Source: a virus (lineage: Duplodnaviria; Caudoviricetes). Taken from it: a stretch of 64,000 bases of DNA. The first letter of the stretch is position 1. Each line of letters begins with the position of its first letter. A program made the position numbers and the translations under genes. This document shows, in pieces, positions 55,721 to 64,000 of the stretch. The notes under the pieces were generated by a model that saw only the letters and a program-made list of their open reading frames with translations, had not been told where the DNA came from and made no database searches. Where the stretch lies: IMG/VR virus record IMGVR_UViG_2731957839_000001, positions 1,546-65,545 of that record. One strand, written 5' to 3'.

Positions 55721-57081
55721 TCCCGCCACTCTTTGCTCACCAAGAAGCCAACGCCGCCTTTAAGGTGGCCAACCCACGGATGCTCGATGGCTCCGACCCT
55801 GGCACCGGCAAGACCCGCAGCACCATCGAGGCCTTTTCACGCCTCAAGGAAGCCGGGCTGATCGATCACATGCTGGTGTTGGCCCCGTTGTCGATCCTGC
55901 GCCCAAGCTGGTCGGCTGACTGCCACAAATTCGCCCCGCACCTGGAAGTGTCAGTCGCCACTGCCAAGGACAAGGCCACCGCGATGTGGCCTGCCACGCA
56001 AGCCGACATCTATATCACCAACCACGACAGCGTGAAGTGGTTGAAGGACATCAAGTTCACCGGCCGCTGGGCCTTGTGTGTCGACGAATTCCCGGCGTTC
56101 AAGAACCGCACCAGTCAGCGCAGCAAAGCCCTGGCCACGATGCGCAAGTTCTTCGAATTCCGCTGGCTGCTCTCCGGCACGATGAACAGCAACGGAGCCT
56201 GTGACATCTGGCACCCGATGTTCCTCTGCGACGACGGCGAGCGCCTTGGCAAACAGTTCTGGGGCTACCGCTCGCAAGTCTGCGAGCCAAAGGCCACCGG
56301 CCCCGGCGGACAGTACGTCGAGTGGGTGGACAAGCCATTCGCCCCGACGATTATCGCCGACCGCCTGAAGGACATCACCTTCCGGGTGAAGCTCGAAGAC
56401 TGCCTCGACATGCCCGAGCATGTGCAGACGACGATGCTGGTCGACATCCCGAAAAAGCTCATGGGCCAGTACCGTCAGCTCCAGCGCGAAGCGGTGCTGG
56501 AACACGCCAGCGGCAGCCGCATCACCGCCGTACACGCCAGTGCCAAGACCCAGAAACTATTGCAGCTGTGCTCCGGCGCAGTCTACGACGGGCAAGGCGG
56601 TTATCAGGTGTTCGACACCAGCCGCACCGATCTGGCGATGGAGCTGGTGATGCAGCGCGATCAATCGGTGGTGGCTTTCCTCTGGAAACACCAGAAGGAA
56701 GCACTGGTCGCGGCGGCCGAAGCCCTTGGCATTACCTACGCGGTGATTGACGGCGAGACCAAGCTGATCGACCGTGAGATTGCGGTCAACCGCTATCAAG
56801 CAGGCCAGATCAAGGTGATCTTTGCCCATCCGCAAAGCGCCGGCCACGGCCTGACCCTCACCAACGGCACTGCCACTATCTGGCCGAGCCCGACCTACAA
56901 CGCCGAGCACTTCGTCCAGTTCAACCACCGGATCTACCGCGCCGGTCAGACCCAACGCACCGAGACCATCTGCATTGCCGCCGCCGGCACTGCCGAGGAA
57001 CAGGTGTACGAGAAACTCAATGGCAAAGTAGGCCGCATGGATGAGCTGATGGGCATGCTCGTCGGGCTTCAAGCTGCTTGA
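55717..57081 (+). CDS. SNF2-like SF2 helicase
   Basis: PGTGKT, VDE, LSGT, SAGHGLTL, QFNHRIYRAGQ. Confidence 0.9.
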   Translation: MIPPLFAHQEANAAFKVANPRMLDGSDPGTGKTRSTIEAFSRLKEAGLIDHMLVLAPLSILRPSWSADCHKFAPHLEVSVATAKDKATAMWPATQADIYITNHDSVKWLKDIKFTGRWALCVDEFPAFKNRTSQRSKALATMRKFFEFRWLLSGTMNSNGACDIWHPMFLCDDGERLGKQFWGYRSQVCEPKATGPGGQYVEWVDKPFAPTIIADRLKDITFRVKLEDCLDMPEHVQTTMLVDIPKKLMGQYRQLQREAVLEHASGSRITAVHASAKTQKLLQLCSGAVYDGQGGYQVFDTSRTDLAMELVMQRDQSVVAFLWKHQKEALVAAAEALGITYAVIDGETKLIDREIAVNRYQAGQIKVIFAHPQSAGHGLTLTNGTATIWPSPTYNAEHFVQFNHRIYRAGQTQRTETICIAAAGTAEEQVYEKLNGKVGRMDELMGMLVGLQAA

Positions 57082-57105
57082 CATAACACGCAATGCGATT
57101 ACCGT
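57078..57105 (+). promoter_or_regulatory. Promoter TTGACA-N16-TACCGT containing operator-like site 14
   Basis: ATAACACGCAATGCGATTACC (57083-57103) in the spacer. Confidence 0.75.
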
Positions 57106-57146
57106 GGCAACCCCACACCCTAACCTTAAATCCTGGAGCACCTGAT

Positions 57147-57533
57147 ATGAACGATCTGACCCTGAACACCGAAAACGCTACCGAAATCGACACCGACGCT
57201 ACAACCACTGCTGTGGTTCTCGCCCCGTCCGACCGCCTGCTGCTGGCCGCCAAGCTGGTGAGCAAGTCGCTGGCCAAGGTGATGCTGCTCGACGAGCAAT
57301 TGGCTGACCAGACCATCGCGGTGTCCACCGCCAAGCAACGCGTGACCGAAACGCTTGCCAACGGCGGTACCGGTTTCGACGAAGCCGGTCGCGTCTTCAA
57401 AGCCGCGAACAACAAACTCGACAAGCTGCTGGAATCCCGCGAAGCCGTGGTCCGCACTGCCCAACTCGACCTCGATGCGACGCGCGACTCCATCGCAGGT
57501 GTGCAAGCCCTGCTGCACAGCCTGGAGGCGTAA
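57147..57533 (+). CDS. Coiled-coil hypothetical protein
   Basis: GGAG RBS; heptad pattern. Confidence 0.65.
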   Translation: MNDLTLNTENATEIDTDATTTAVVLAPSDRLLLAAKLVSKSLAKVMLLDEQLADQTIAVSTAKQRVTETLANGGTGFDEAGRVFKAANNKLDKLLESREAVVRTAQLDLDATRDSIAGVQALLHSLEA

Positions 57534-57746
57534 ATGGAAGCGACAGTCGAAAAAGCCCCGGTCATCGATCCAGCTGACTTCGCACTGGACGTCTCTCAGC
57601 TCCAGACCAAATACGACCCCAAATACAAGCAGGACCGGGGTCACCCGTACTTCACGGCCTACGCCCACTACAAAAGCGGCACCTCCCTGCCGTATTGGAA
57701 CTGGGTCGAGGCCGAACTTAGCCGCTTTCAGGAGACCTACCCATGA
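57534..57746 (+). CDS. Hypothetical protein
   Basis: GGAGG RBS; HP...T.LPYWNWV motif. Confidence 0.6.
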   Translation: MEATVEKAPVIDPADFALDVSQLQTKYDPKYKQDRGHPYFTAYAHYKSGTSLPYWNWVEAELSRFQETYP

Positions 57747-58129
57747 CCACAACCACCAAACAACGCCTGGACGATCTGGCCACCACCCGCGACACCCTGC
57801 GTGAACAAAAGCGCGCGCTGGAAGCCCAGGTCAAGGACATCGATGCCGCACTCGCCGGCAACGAAACCGACATCATCGAGATCGCCGATGAAATGGGCCT
57901 CGATCGCTTCGCCGTAGGCAAGCTGACCTTCTCGATCAGCAGCCAGATCGTCGGCAACGTCGAGGACTGGGACGCCGTGCACGCCTATATAAAGAAAAAC
58001 GACGCCTTCTACCTGTTGCAACGGCGTCTGTCGAACGCCCCTTACAAGGAAATCCTCGACAGCGGTGACTCACTCCCGGGCGTAGTGCCGTTCACCAAGC
58101 GCAGTTTGAACATGCGCAAATCCGCCTGA
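57743..58129 (+). CDS. Conserved replication-module protein
   Basis: VEDWDAVHAYI...LLQRRLS...LPGV pattern typical of genes preceding phage SSBs. Confidence 0.7.
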   Translation: MTTTTKQRLDDLATTRDTLREQKRALEAQVKDIDAALAGNETDIIEIADEMGLDRFAVGKLTFSISSQIVGNVEDWDAVHAYIKKNDAFYLLQRRLSNAPYKEILDSGDSLPGVVPFTKRSLNMRKSA

Positions 58130-58137
58130 TCTGTCGC

Positions 58138-58165
58138 TTCACAATACACGCAATGCGTTTACACT
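58138..58165 (+). promoter_or_regulatory. Promoter TTCACA-N16-TACACT containing operator-like site 15
   Basis: AATACACGCAATGCGTTTACA (58143-58163). Confidence 0.75.
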
Positions 58166-58238
58166 GCCCCCGAGCACTTCGCAACGGGGCGCTCCAATTG
58201 CCCGCTTCGGGCCTGACTAAATAGAGAGAACAGCCACC

Positions 58239-58955
58239 ATGGCCAAAGACGTAGCCGCAGTAGAAACCACCAAATCCGTTTTGGGCTTCCTCGCCGCTGA
58301 CACCCTGCCCGCTCACTTGCAGCAAGGTACCGGTGCCGGTAATGAGAACGTGTCATCCGACGACATGACCATCCCACGACTGGATGTCCTGCAACAACTC
58401 TCCCCACAGCTGGACCCAAGCAACGCCAAGTTCATCGAAGGCGCCAAGCTCGGCCAGATGTTCAACAGCCTGTCGAGCGAGCTGTACAACCACTGCTTCG
58501 TGCTCAACCTGCACTTCGAAATCAAGTGGCAAGTGTTCAAGAAGCGCAAGTTCGGTGGCGGCTTCGAAGGCTCGTTCAACCATGAGGCGGAAGCCCTGGC
58601 TCACCTGGATGCGCAAAACCTGCCACGCGATCAGTACGACGTGTCGGAAACCGCCATCCACAAGTGCATGCTGCTCGACGACAACGGTCTGCCCGATCAG
58701 CCAGTGTTGATCTACATGTCCGGCTCGAAGATGAAGGTGTCGAAGGAGTGGAACAGTCAGATCCGCTTGAAAGACCCACGTGCGGATCGCTTCGCTTCGG
58801 TCTGGACCCTGTCCAGCGTCGGTGAGAAGAACCGCCAAGGCCAGCCGTACCAGAACATCAAGGTCGACTTCGCTGGCTGGGCGGGTGAAGACCTGTACGC
58901 CACGGCGAAAGAGGCCTACCAAGGCCTGATCGGCTCCAGCGCTACCCAGCATTAA
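58239..58955 (+). CDS. Putative single-stranded DNA-binding protein
   Basis: GNENVSSDDMTIPRLDVLQQLSPQ...SKMKVSKEWNS; position in a PolA module. Confidence 0.65.
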   Translation: MAKDVAAVETTKSVLGFLAADTLPAHLQQGTGAGNENVSSDDMTIPRLDVLQQLSPQLDPSNAKFIEGAKLGQMFNSLSSELYNHCFVLNLHFEIKWQVFKKRKFGGGFEGSFNHEAEALAHLDAQNLPRDQYDVSETAIHKCMLLDDNGLPDQPVLIYMSGSKMKVSKEWNSQIRLKDPRADRFASVWTLSSVGEKNRQGQPYQNIKVDFAGWAGEDLYATAKEAYQGLIGSSATQH

Positions 58956-59039
58956 TGTAGCGATGCAGTGACCCCGCAGGATGCGGGGTTCATCGGAAAG
59001 CCCCCGGCTTTACCCATGAACCCCATGCGTGGCCCCCTC

Positions 59040-59450
59040 ATGAACGAACACAGTTTCATTCGCAGCATCCACAAAAAACTCCCCATCGATGTGTACGTCT
59101 GGAAGATCAACGACAACTACCAGGGCGGGGTAGCCGACGCCTACTACTCTCGGCTAATGGGCGGCGACATGTGGATCGAGTACAAGTACCTTAAGGCGCT
59201 ACCCAAACGCCCCGACACCGTGGTGCAGTTCGGCCTCAGTGAGTTGCAAAAGGAATGGCTGAACGGAAGACTACTGGACGGACGTACAGTATCTGTTATA
59301 GTGGGCAGCCCCGACGGTGCTCTGATTCTTACTGATGGGGATTGGAACAAACCGATGACTGCCTGTATTTTTAAACGCAATGCGGTTGAGACTCCGGCGA
59401 TTGTGGCTTATATTCTCTCCACATTAAGTAAATACTTAATTGAAGATTGA
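59040..59450 (+). CDS. VRR-NUC / Holliday junction resolvase-like nuclease
   Basis: MNE...GVAD...WIEYK...LSELQKEWL. Confidence 0.8.
   Translation: MNEHSFIRSIHKKLPIDVYVWKINDNYQGGVADAYYSRLMGGDMWIEYKYLKALPKRPDTVVQFGLSELQKEWLNGRLLDGRTVSVIVGSPDGALILTDGDWNKPMTACIFKRNAVETPAIVAYILSTLSKYLIED
59370..59414 (+). promoter_or_regulatory. Repressor promoter TTGAGA-N17-TATATT with operator-like site 16 centred just upstream of the -35
   Basis: TTTAAACGCAATGCGGTTGAG (59370-59390); -35 at 59386-59391, -10 at 59409-59414. Confidence 0.7.
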
Positions 59451-59465
59451 ATAAGGTACTACCGG

Positions 59466-60143
59466 ATGGCTACCCCACGCAGAACGATCACGCCGCACGA
59501 TTTGGATAATGCAGCTCGGCTGAAATCGAAATGGCTCGCTTATAAAGAAGCCACAAAAACAACACAAGCGGACCTGGCGGAGTATCTGGGTTTTGCGGGT
59601 CAAGGGGTGGTGACGCAGTACCTGAACGGTCTCATCGCCCTCAACACTGATGCCATTATCCGCTTCGCGCGGGTGCTTGGTGTCAAACCCGAAGAAATTA
59701 ACCCGGATCTCGCCGGCATCAGTATCACCCCGACAGACATGCGTTTAGTCCGTATCCATATACTGGCAAACCTGTCAGGCGCACCGCCGGGGCGACACGC
59801 TGGCATCGAGATCGCGACAACAATGGATATGAAGCTTTACGCAGTAGCTGTAGACATCGACGGTTCCGAACCTTTTGCACGTAAAGGCTCGACCCTGATC
59901 GTGAGCCAGGATGAAGAACCAGTCTCGGGGGACGAAGTCTTCATGAAGTATCGCGTGGGGGACACTGACCTCCATGCGATTCGCATCTACGTCACCACGG
60001 ACTTGGAACGCGGCGTTGCAATCACTCGGGGCCTGGACTCGAAAGAGTTCCTTGAAACGAACCTCTCTGACATCGAGTTGCTTGACCCGATCATCAGCGT
60101 GGAACGCCCTAAAGTGGCACGACAGAAGCGTGAAGTAGTTTAA
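59466..60143 (+). CDS. CI-like repressor (XRE HTH + degenerate S24-like domain)
   Basis: TQADLAEYLGFAGQGVVTQYLNGLIALN...FARVLGVKPEEINP. Confidence 0.88.
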   Translation: MATPRRTITPHDLDNAARLKSKWLAYKEATKTTQADLAEYLGFAGQGVVTQYLNGLIALNTDAIIRFARVLGVKPEEINPDLAGISITPTDMRLVRIHILANLSGAPPGRHAGIEIATTMDMKLYAVAVDIDGSEPFARKGSTLIVSQDEEPVSGDEVFMKYRVGDTDLHAIRIYVTTDLERGVAITRGLDSKEFLETNLSDIELLDPIISVERPKVARQKREVV

Positions 60144-60158
60144 CCCGCATTAGAAGTC

Positions 60159-60184
60159 AGCCCGGGTCACGCCGGGCTTTCTTT
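60159..60184 (+). terminator. Intrinsic terminator after the repressor
   Basis: AGCCCGG-GTCACG-CCGGGCT-TTCTTT. Confidence 0.75.
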
Positions 60185-60192
60185 CGCCTCCA

Positions 60193-60213
60193 TAAACACG
60201 CATTGCGAGTATT
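60193..60213. promoter_or_regulatory. Palindromic operator-like site 17 (before the xis/int operon)
   Basis: TAAACACGCATTGCGAGTATT. Confidence 0.75.
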
Positions 60214-60217
60214 TGAT

Positions 60218-60454
60218 ATGAAAATCCTCTTCCCTCTCAATCGCTTCTTCACCCGCACGGCTAAAGCCGAACCGACCCCTGTGGTCGTCGACGTGGATGC
60301 CCTACAAGAAAAACTGCGCCTGGCACAGTCCGCACACGTGGCTTCCGCCCGCCGTATCTCGGCCTTTGCCCTGGAGCATCCTGACCTCTACCGCCTGTAT
60401 TTCACCAAGGCCGGCGATAAGCGTCGTCAGGAGGCGCGTCATGCAGCTGCGTGA
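60218..60454 (+). CDS. Hypothetical protein
   Basis: 78 aa, first gene after site 17. Confidence 0.6.
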   Translation: MKILFPLNRFFTRTAKAEPTPVVVDVDALQEKLRLAQSAHVASARRISAFALEHPDLYRLYFTKAGDKRRQEARHAAA

Positions 60455-60608
60455 AGCGGTGGAGTCATTCTCAGGCGAGCCCTGCCCCAAAGAATGCACC
60501 TGCGATCACAAGCTTCAGAACACCGGTGCGGTCTTCTTCCAGAGTGTTGGCCTACTACACTGCTCCGTGTGTAACGGGTGGCAATTGATCAGGAAGCCAG
60601 TGAAATGA
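60441..60608 (+). CDS. Small zinc-finger-like protein
   Basis: GGAGG RBS; C-x-C...CxxC. Confidence 0.55.
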   Translation: MQLREAVESFSGEPCPKECTCDHKLQNTGAVFFQSVGLLHCSVCNGWQLIRKPVK

Positions 60609-60967
60609 ACACAATCGAAATGCTCGTGGTCGAGCATGACTTCGTTCTCGAAGACCAGATGTCACGCCTGATCGGCTATCCCGAAGGCAGCCGGGCACTG
60701 GAGACCAAACGACAGCGCGGGATCATCCCCGCCGGGGTATACGCCACTATCGATGGCCGAATCACCTACAGCATTAAGCGATATAACGCATGGATGGAAA
60801 GCCTGTGGCCACGAGAAAAACTGATGGGCTCCCGACGGGAGTTGAATTCGTTGGAGAAAGCGTCCGCATTCGATTCATGCGGGACAAGCGCCGCTGCTGC
60901 GAAACCCTCGCCTTCCCGCAAACCCCGCAGGGCATCCAAGCCGCAGCCGGTCTTAGAGCTCAGGTAG
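60605..60967 (+). CDS. Excisionase-like protein overlapping int
   Basis: RALETKRQRGIIPAGVYATIDGRITYSIKRYNAW wHTH-like; overlaps the integrase start. Confidence 0.6.
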   Translation: MNTIEMLVVEHDFVLEDQMSRLIGYPEGSRALETKRQRGIIPAGVYATIDGRITYSIKRYNAWMESLWPREKLMGSRRELNSLEKASAFDSCGTSAAAAKPSPSRKPRRASKPQPVLELR

Positions 60968-62028
60968 TCCAGCTGGCCAAACTCGGCATGCTCTCCGACG
61001 AGAAGTACGCCGAGCTGTTCCCCAGCTCCAGCTACACGACTACCAACCTCTGCCCCCTGTTCGGTGAGTACGCCCAAGCATGGATCGATAGCCGCGAGAT
61101 TGTGCGCGGCACTCGATGCAACTACCTCTCGATGTTCAACCTGTACTGGATGCCAGCGCTGGCACGCGAACCCCTCGATCGGATCACCTCGATGACGCTG
61201 CGCAAAATCATCAGCGCCACACCGTGGAAAACCACTTCGATCAAGCGGTCCGCAATCTCAGTGCTTGGCAGCCTTTTCAAGACCGCCGTGACCGATGAAT
61301 TGATAGAGCGCAGTCCGACTGCGTCTATTGAGAAACCCGCCAAAAACAAGAAGGTCGTCGACCCCTTTTCGGCGCAAGAAGCTGACGCCATCATCGAATG
61401 GATGTACGCCAACTTCACCAACCCGCGGTTGCAGATGTACGCCCCCTATTTCGAGTTCGCGTTCTACACCGGAATGCGCACGGGCGAAATCGCTGGCTTG
61501 CGCTGGGACGAAGTAGACCGCAACAAACGGATTGCCCACATTTGCCGGATCGTCGTTGACGGGAAAATTGAGGAGCGTACCAAGACCCGGAACACACGCG
61601 CGGTGATGCTCAACAGTCGAGCGCTGCACGCACTGGAGAAAATGGAGGAGCTGACAGCACGGCGCGTAGCGCGTGCAGTGAAGGGGCATCGACCTGTTCG
61701 CCCTTCCGACCATGTGTTCTCGCCCACCGGCGTCGCTGGATTCATTGCCAAACCCAACACCACGAACTTCCAATTCGCCAAAGCAACCCGCGCCCTGGGA
61801 ATGAGGACGCGCCGGCAGTACAACTGCCGACACACCTACGCGACGATGTGCCTGATGGCAGGAATGAATCCCGCCTTCATCGCGCGTCAACTCGGCCACA
61901 GTGTGCAAATGCTGTTGACCACCTACACAAAGTGGCTCGATTCAACGACGGATTGGACGGAGCTCGACAAGCTCGAAAACGTGATGATTGGTACGAAAGT
62001 GGTACAAGAAAATCCACAGCTTGCTTAA
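60790..62028 (+). CDS. int: Tyrosine integrase with N-terminal arm-binding domain
   Basis: TGMRTGEIAGLRW, TKT, YNCRHTYAT, QLGHS...TYTKW. Confidence 0.95.
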   Translation: MDGKPVATRKTDGLPTGVEFVGESVRIRFMRDKRRCCETLAFPQTPQGIQAAAGLRAQVVQLAKLGMLSDEKYAELFPSSSYTTTNLCPLFGEYAQAWIDSREIVRGTRCNYLSMFNLYWMPALAREPLDRITSMTLRKIISATPWKTTSIKRSAISVLGSLFKTAVTDELIERSPTASIEKPAKNKKVVDPFSAQEADAIIEWMYANFTNPRLQMYAPYFEFAFYTGMRTGEIAGLRWDEVDRNKRIAHICRIVVDGKIEERTKTRNTRAVMLNSRALHALEKMEELTARRVARAVKGHRPVRPSDHVFSPTGVAGFIAKPNTTNFQFAKATRALGMRTRRQYNCRHTYATMCLMAGMNPAFIARQLGHSVQMLLTTYTKWLDSTTDWTELDKLENVMIGTKVVQENPQLA

Positions 62029-62081
62029 AGACCTTTGAAATCATGCTGTTGCCGAATTTCTTTCACATAACAACAGCATGA
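61989..62081. other. Probable attR region
   Basis: TGGTAC direct repeats (61989, 62000; arm-type) and an 11-bp IR TCATGCTGTTG / CAACAGCATGA (62041-62051 / 62071-62081) at the phage-host boundary. Confidence 0.55.
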
Positions 62082-62182
62082 GCCTGGGTGGCTCTCAATA
62101 TCGCCAGGCCATCGAGGGCTTGATGCGAGCCAAACCGCAGATCGCCGGGCCGACGGGCTCTCGGGGCAGTCAGGACTCCTGA
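62066..62182 (+). pseudogene. Displaced 3' end of a host gene (alpha/beta hydrolase-like C-terminus)
   Basis: Frame reads HNNSMSLGGSQYRQAIEGLMRAKPQ...QDS-stop, converging on the ABC gene with a 3-bp gap. Confidence 0.5.
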
Positions 62183-62185
62183 GGC

Positions 62186-64000
62186 TTATCGATAACCGCG
62201 CGCCTGCAGGTCAAACAGCTGCGCGTAGCGCCCACCCGCCGCGACCAGACTGGCATGATCGCCGCGCTCCAGGATTGCGCCTTGGTCCAGCACGATAATG
62301 TGATCGGCGTTGCGCACACTGGAAAAACGATGGGAAATCAGCAAGGTCATGCGGTCTTGGGTGTGCTGGCTGAAATGCTCGAACACCGCCGCTTCCGCCG
62401 CTGGATCGAGTGCCGAAGTCGGTTCGTCCAGGATCAGGATATCCGCGTCGCGCCGCATGTACGCGCGGGATAACGCGATCTTCTGCCACTGCCCGCCAGA
62501 CAGCTCCTGCCCACCGGCAAACCAGCGCCCCAACTGCGTGGCATAGCCGCGATCCAGACGCTCGATAAAAGGTGCAGCCATGCCCTCGGCGGCGGCCTCG
62601 TGCCAGCGTTGTTCATCGTTGAACGCCAGGGTGTCACCCACGCCGATGTTCTCGCCGACGGAAAACTGGTAACGAATGTAATCCTGGAAAATCACGCCGA
62701 TACGCCGACGCAACGCGTCCTCCTCCCAGCTCTGCAAATCGCTGCCATCCAGCAGGATGCGCCCCTGATCGGGACGGTACAGACGGGTCAGCAACTTGAT
62801 CAACGTAGTCTTGCCCGAGCCGTTTTCGCCCACCAGTGCCACGCTGTGGCCCGGCACAAGATGCAGATCGATGCCTTCAAGTGCAGCGCGGTTGGCACCC
62901 GGATAACGGAAACCGACGTTCTCGAAACGCAAACCGTCGCCGGGCACTGCACCGACGGTGAGATGACCGGTATCGGTCACCACGGGTTCGGCCAAATATT
63001 CATACAGGCTGGACAGATAGAGGCCATCTTCATAGAGACCACTGATCGCGCTCAGGCTGCTGCTCACCGCCGTTTGCCCCTGCTTGAACAGCACCAGGTA
63101 CATGGTCATTTGACCGAGCGTGATGCTGCCGTGAACCGTATCGACCACCACCCAGGCATAGGCCAGGTAAAATGCACTAGTGCCCAACAGGCCAAGAACG
63201 AATCCCCAACTGTCCCGGCGCAGGGTCAGTCGCCGGTCTTCGGCATAGAGCCGGGCGAACGTTTCGCGGTAGCGTTTCAACAACAGCGGCGCGAAACCGA
63301 ACAGCTTGACCTCTTTGATGTAGGCCTCGTGGGACAACAACGTCTCGATGTATGTCTGCTGCCGACTTTCCGGGGCGCGACGGGTAAACAAGCGGAAGGC
63401 ATCCCCGGAAAAATGCGCTTCGGCGAAAAACACCGGCAACGCCCCCACCACTAAAAGCACCAGCGCCCACGGCGAAAAGTGCACCAGCAATACGCCGAAG
63501 CTGATCAGCACGATCAGGTTCTGAATCAGCCCCAGCGACTTCATCACCAACGCCAGCGGTCGGGTCGAGGCTTCACGGCGCACCCGCACCAACTTGTCGT
63601 AGAACTCGGAATTCTCGAATTGCACCAGCGACAACGTCTGGGCCTTTTCCAGAATCATCGTGTTGACCTTCTGCCCCAACTGCACCCGCAACAGCGACTG
63701 CTGGACCGACAGCGCACGTTGGGTGCCAGACAGCAACGCCAGCACCCCGGCTTCGAACAACACGTAACGCACCACCGGCCACAACGGCGCACTGCCCTGC
63801 TGCGCGTGCAGCTGCATGGCAAACACCACGGCATCGACAATGCGCTGGCCCAACCATGCCGCCAGCGCCGGCAGCACCCCGGCAATCAGCGTTGCCAGCA
63901 CCAGGCCGAGAAACAAACCGCGCGAGGTGCCCCAGACGAGCAGCAGGGCGCGACGGGATTGGTCGAGAAGCGTGGTGAACCGACTGAAAACCGCGGGCAT
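62186..64000 (-). CDS. Host ABC transporter, fused permease/ATP-binding protein
   Basis: GENGSGKT, LSGGQWQ, ILDEPT, ISHR; N-terminal TM domain. Confidence 0.95.
   Translation of the reverse strand: MPAVFSRFTTLLDQSRRALLLVWGTSRGLFLGLVLATLIAGVLPALAAWLGQRIVDAVVFAMQLHAQQGSAPLWPVVRYVLFEAGVLALLSGTQRALSVQQSLLRVQLGQKVNTMILEKAQTLSLVQFENSEFYDKLVRVRREASTRPLALVMKSLGLIQNLIVLISFGVLLVHFSPWALVLLVVGALPVFFAEAHFSGDAFRLFTRRAPESRQQTYIETLLSHEAYIKEVKLFGFAPLLLKRYRETFARLYAEDRRLTLRRDSWGFVLGLLGTSAFYLAYAWVVVDTVHGSITLGQMTMYLVLFKQGQTAVSSSLSAISGLYEDGLYLSSLYEYLAEPVVTDTGHLTVGAVPGDGLRFENVGFRYPGANRAALEGIDLHLVPGHSVALVGENGSGKTTLIKLLTRLYRPDQGRILLDGSDLQSWEEDALRRRIGVIFQDYIRYQFSVGENIGVGDTLAFNDEQRWHEAAAEGMAAPFIERLDRGYATQLGRWFAGGQELSGGQWQKIALSRAYMRRDADILILDEPTSALDPAAEAAVFEHFSQHTQDRMTLLISHRFSSVRNADHIIVLDQGAILERGDHASLVAAGGRYAQLFDLQARGYR

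Larger units (their letters stand above)
1..62070. mobile_element. Temperate podovirus-like prophage (left end outside window; right end at probable attR ~62040-62080)
   Basis: Contiguous terminase, portal, capsid, ejection, fibre, lysis, replication, repressor and integrase genes; host-type ABC transporter begins right after the integrase. Confidence 0.93.

Noticed and set aside
4364-60213. Palindrome as a host SOS box or REP element
   Set aside because: Does not match CTGT-N8-ACAG; too short, AT-flanked and promoter-embedded for a REP element
62029-62185. tRNA or tmRNA integration target
   Set aside because: No cloverleaf, TTCGA T-loop or CCA end at the boundary

Overview
Positions 1 to ~62070 are most of an integrated temperate, podovirus-like prophage; the left end lies outside the window. 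The host looks Pseudomonas-like, inferred from gene content and codon style. The left half (minus strand, 1-30833) holds packaging, head, DNA-ejection, tail/fibre and lysis genes. The right half (plus strand, 31090-62028) holds early genes, an iteron-like origin, a PolA/primase-helicase/SNF2 replication module, a CI-like repressor, a xis-like gene and a tyrosine integrase. The probable attR sits in the displaced 3' end of a host gene, followed by a host ABC transporter. The most striking unannotated signal is a 21-bp palindrome (approx. AATAMACGCA-N-TGCGTKTATT) found 17 times at gene boundaries across both arms. Most copies overlap sigma70-like promoters or RBSs, and one sits in a lambda-PRM-like position before the repressor, suggesting genome-wide distributed operators instead of a cI/cro switch. 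Other notable items: a two-gene split family A polymerase, a Schlafen/AlbA_2 + Ig-like moron, an antisense HNH moron, a Tad2-like sponge fusion, a 657-aa Cys-rich protein paired with a Zn peptidase, and a 2434-aa virion protein with a zincin motif. All protein assignments come from motif recognition by eye, not database searches.
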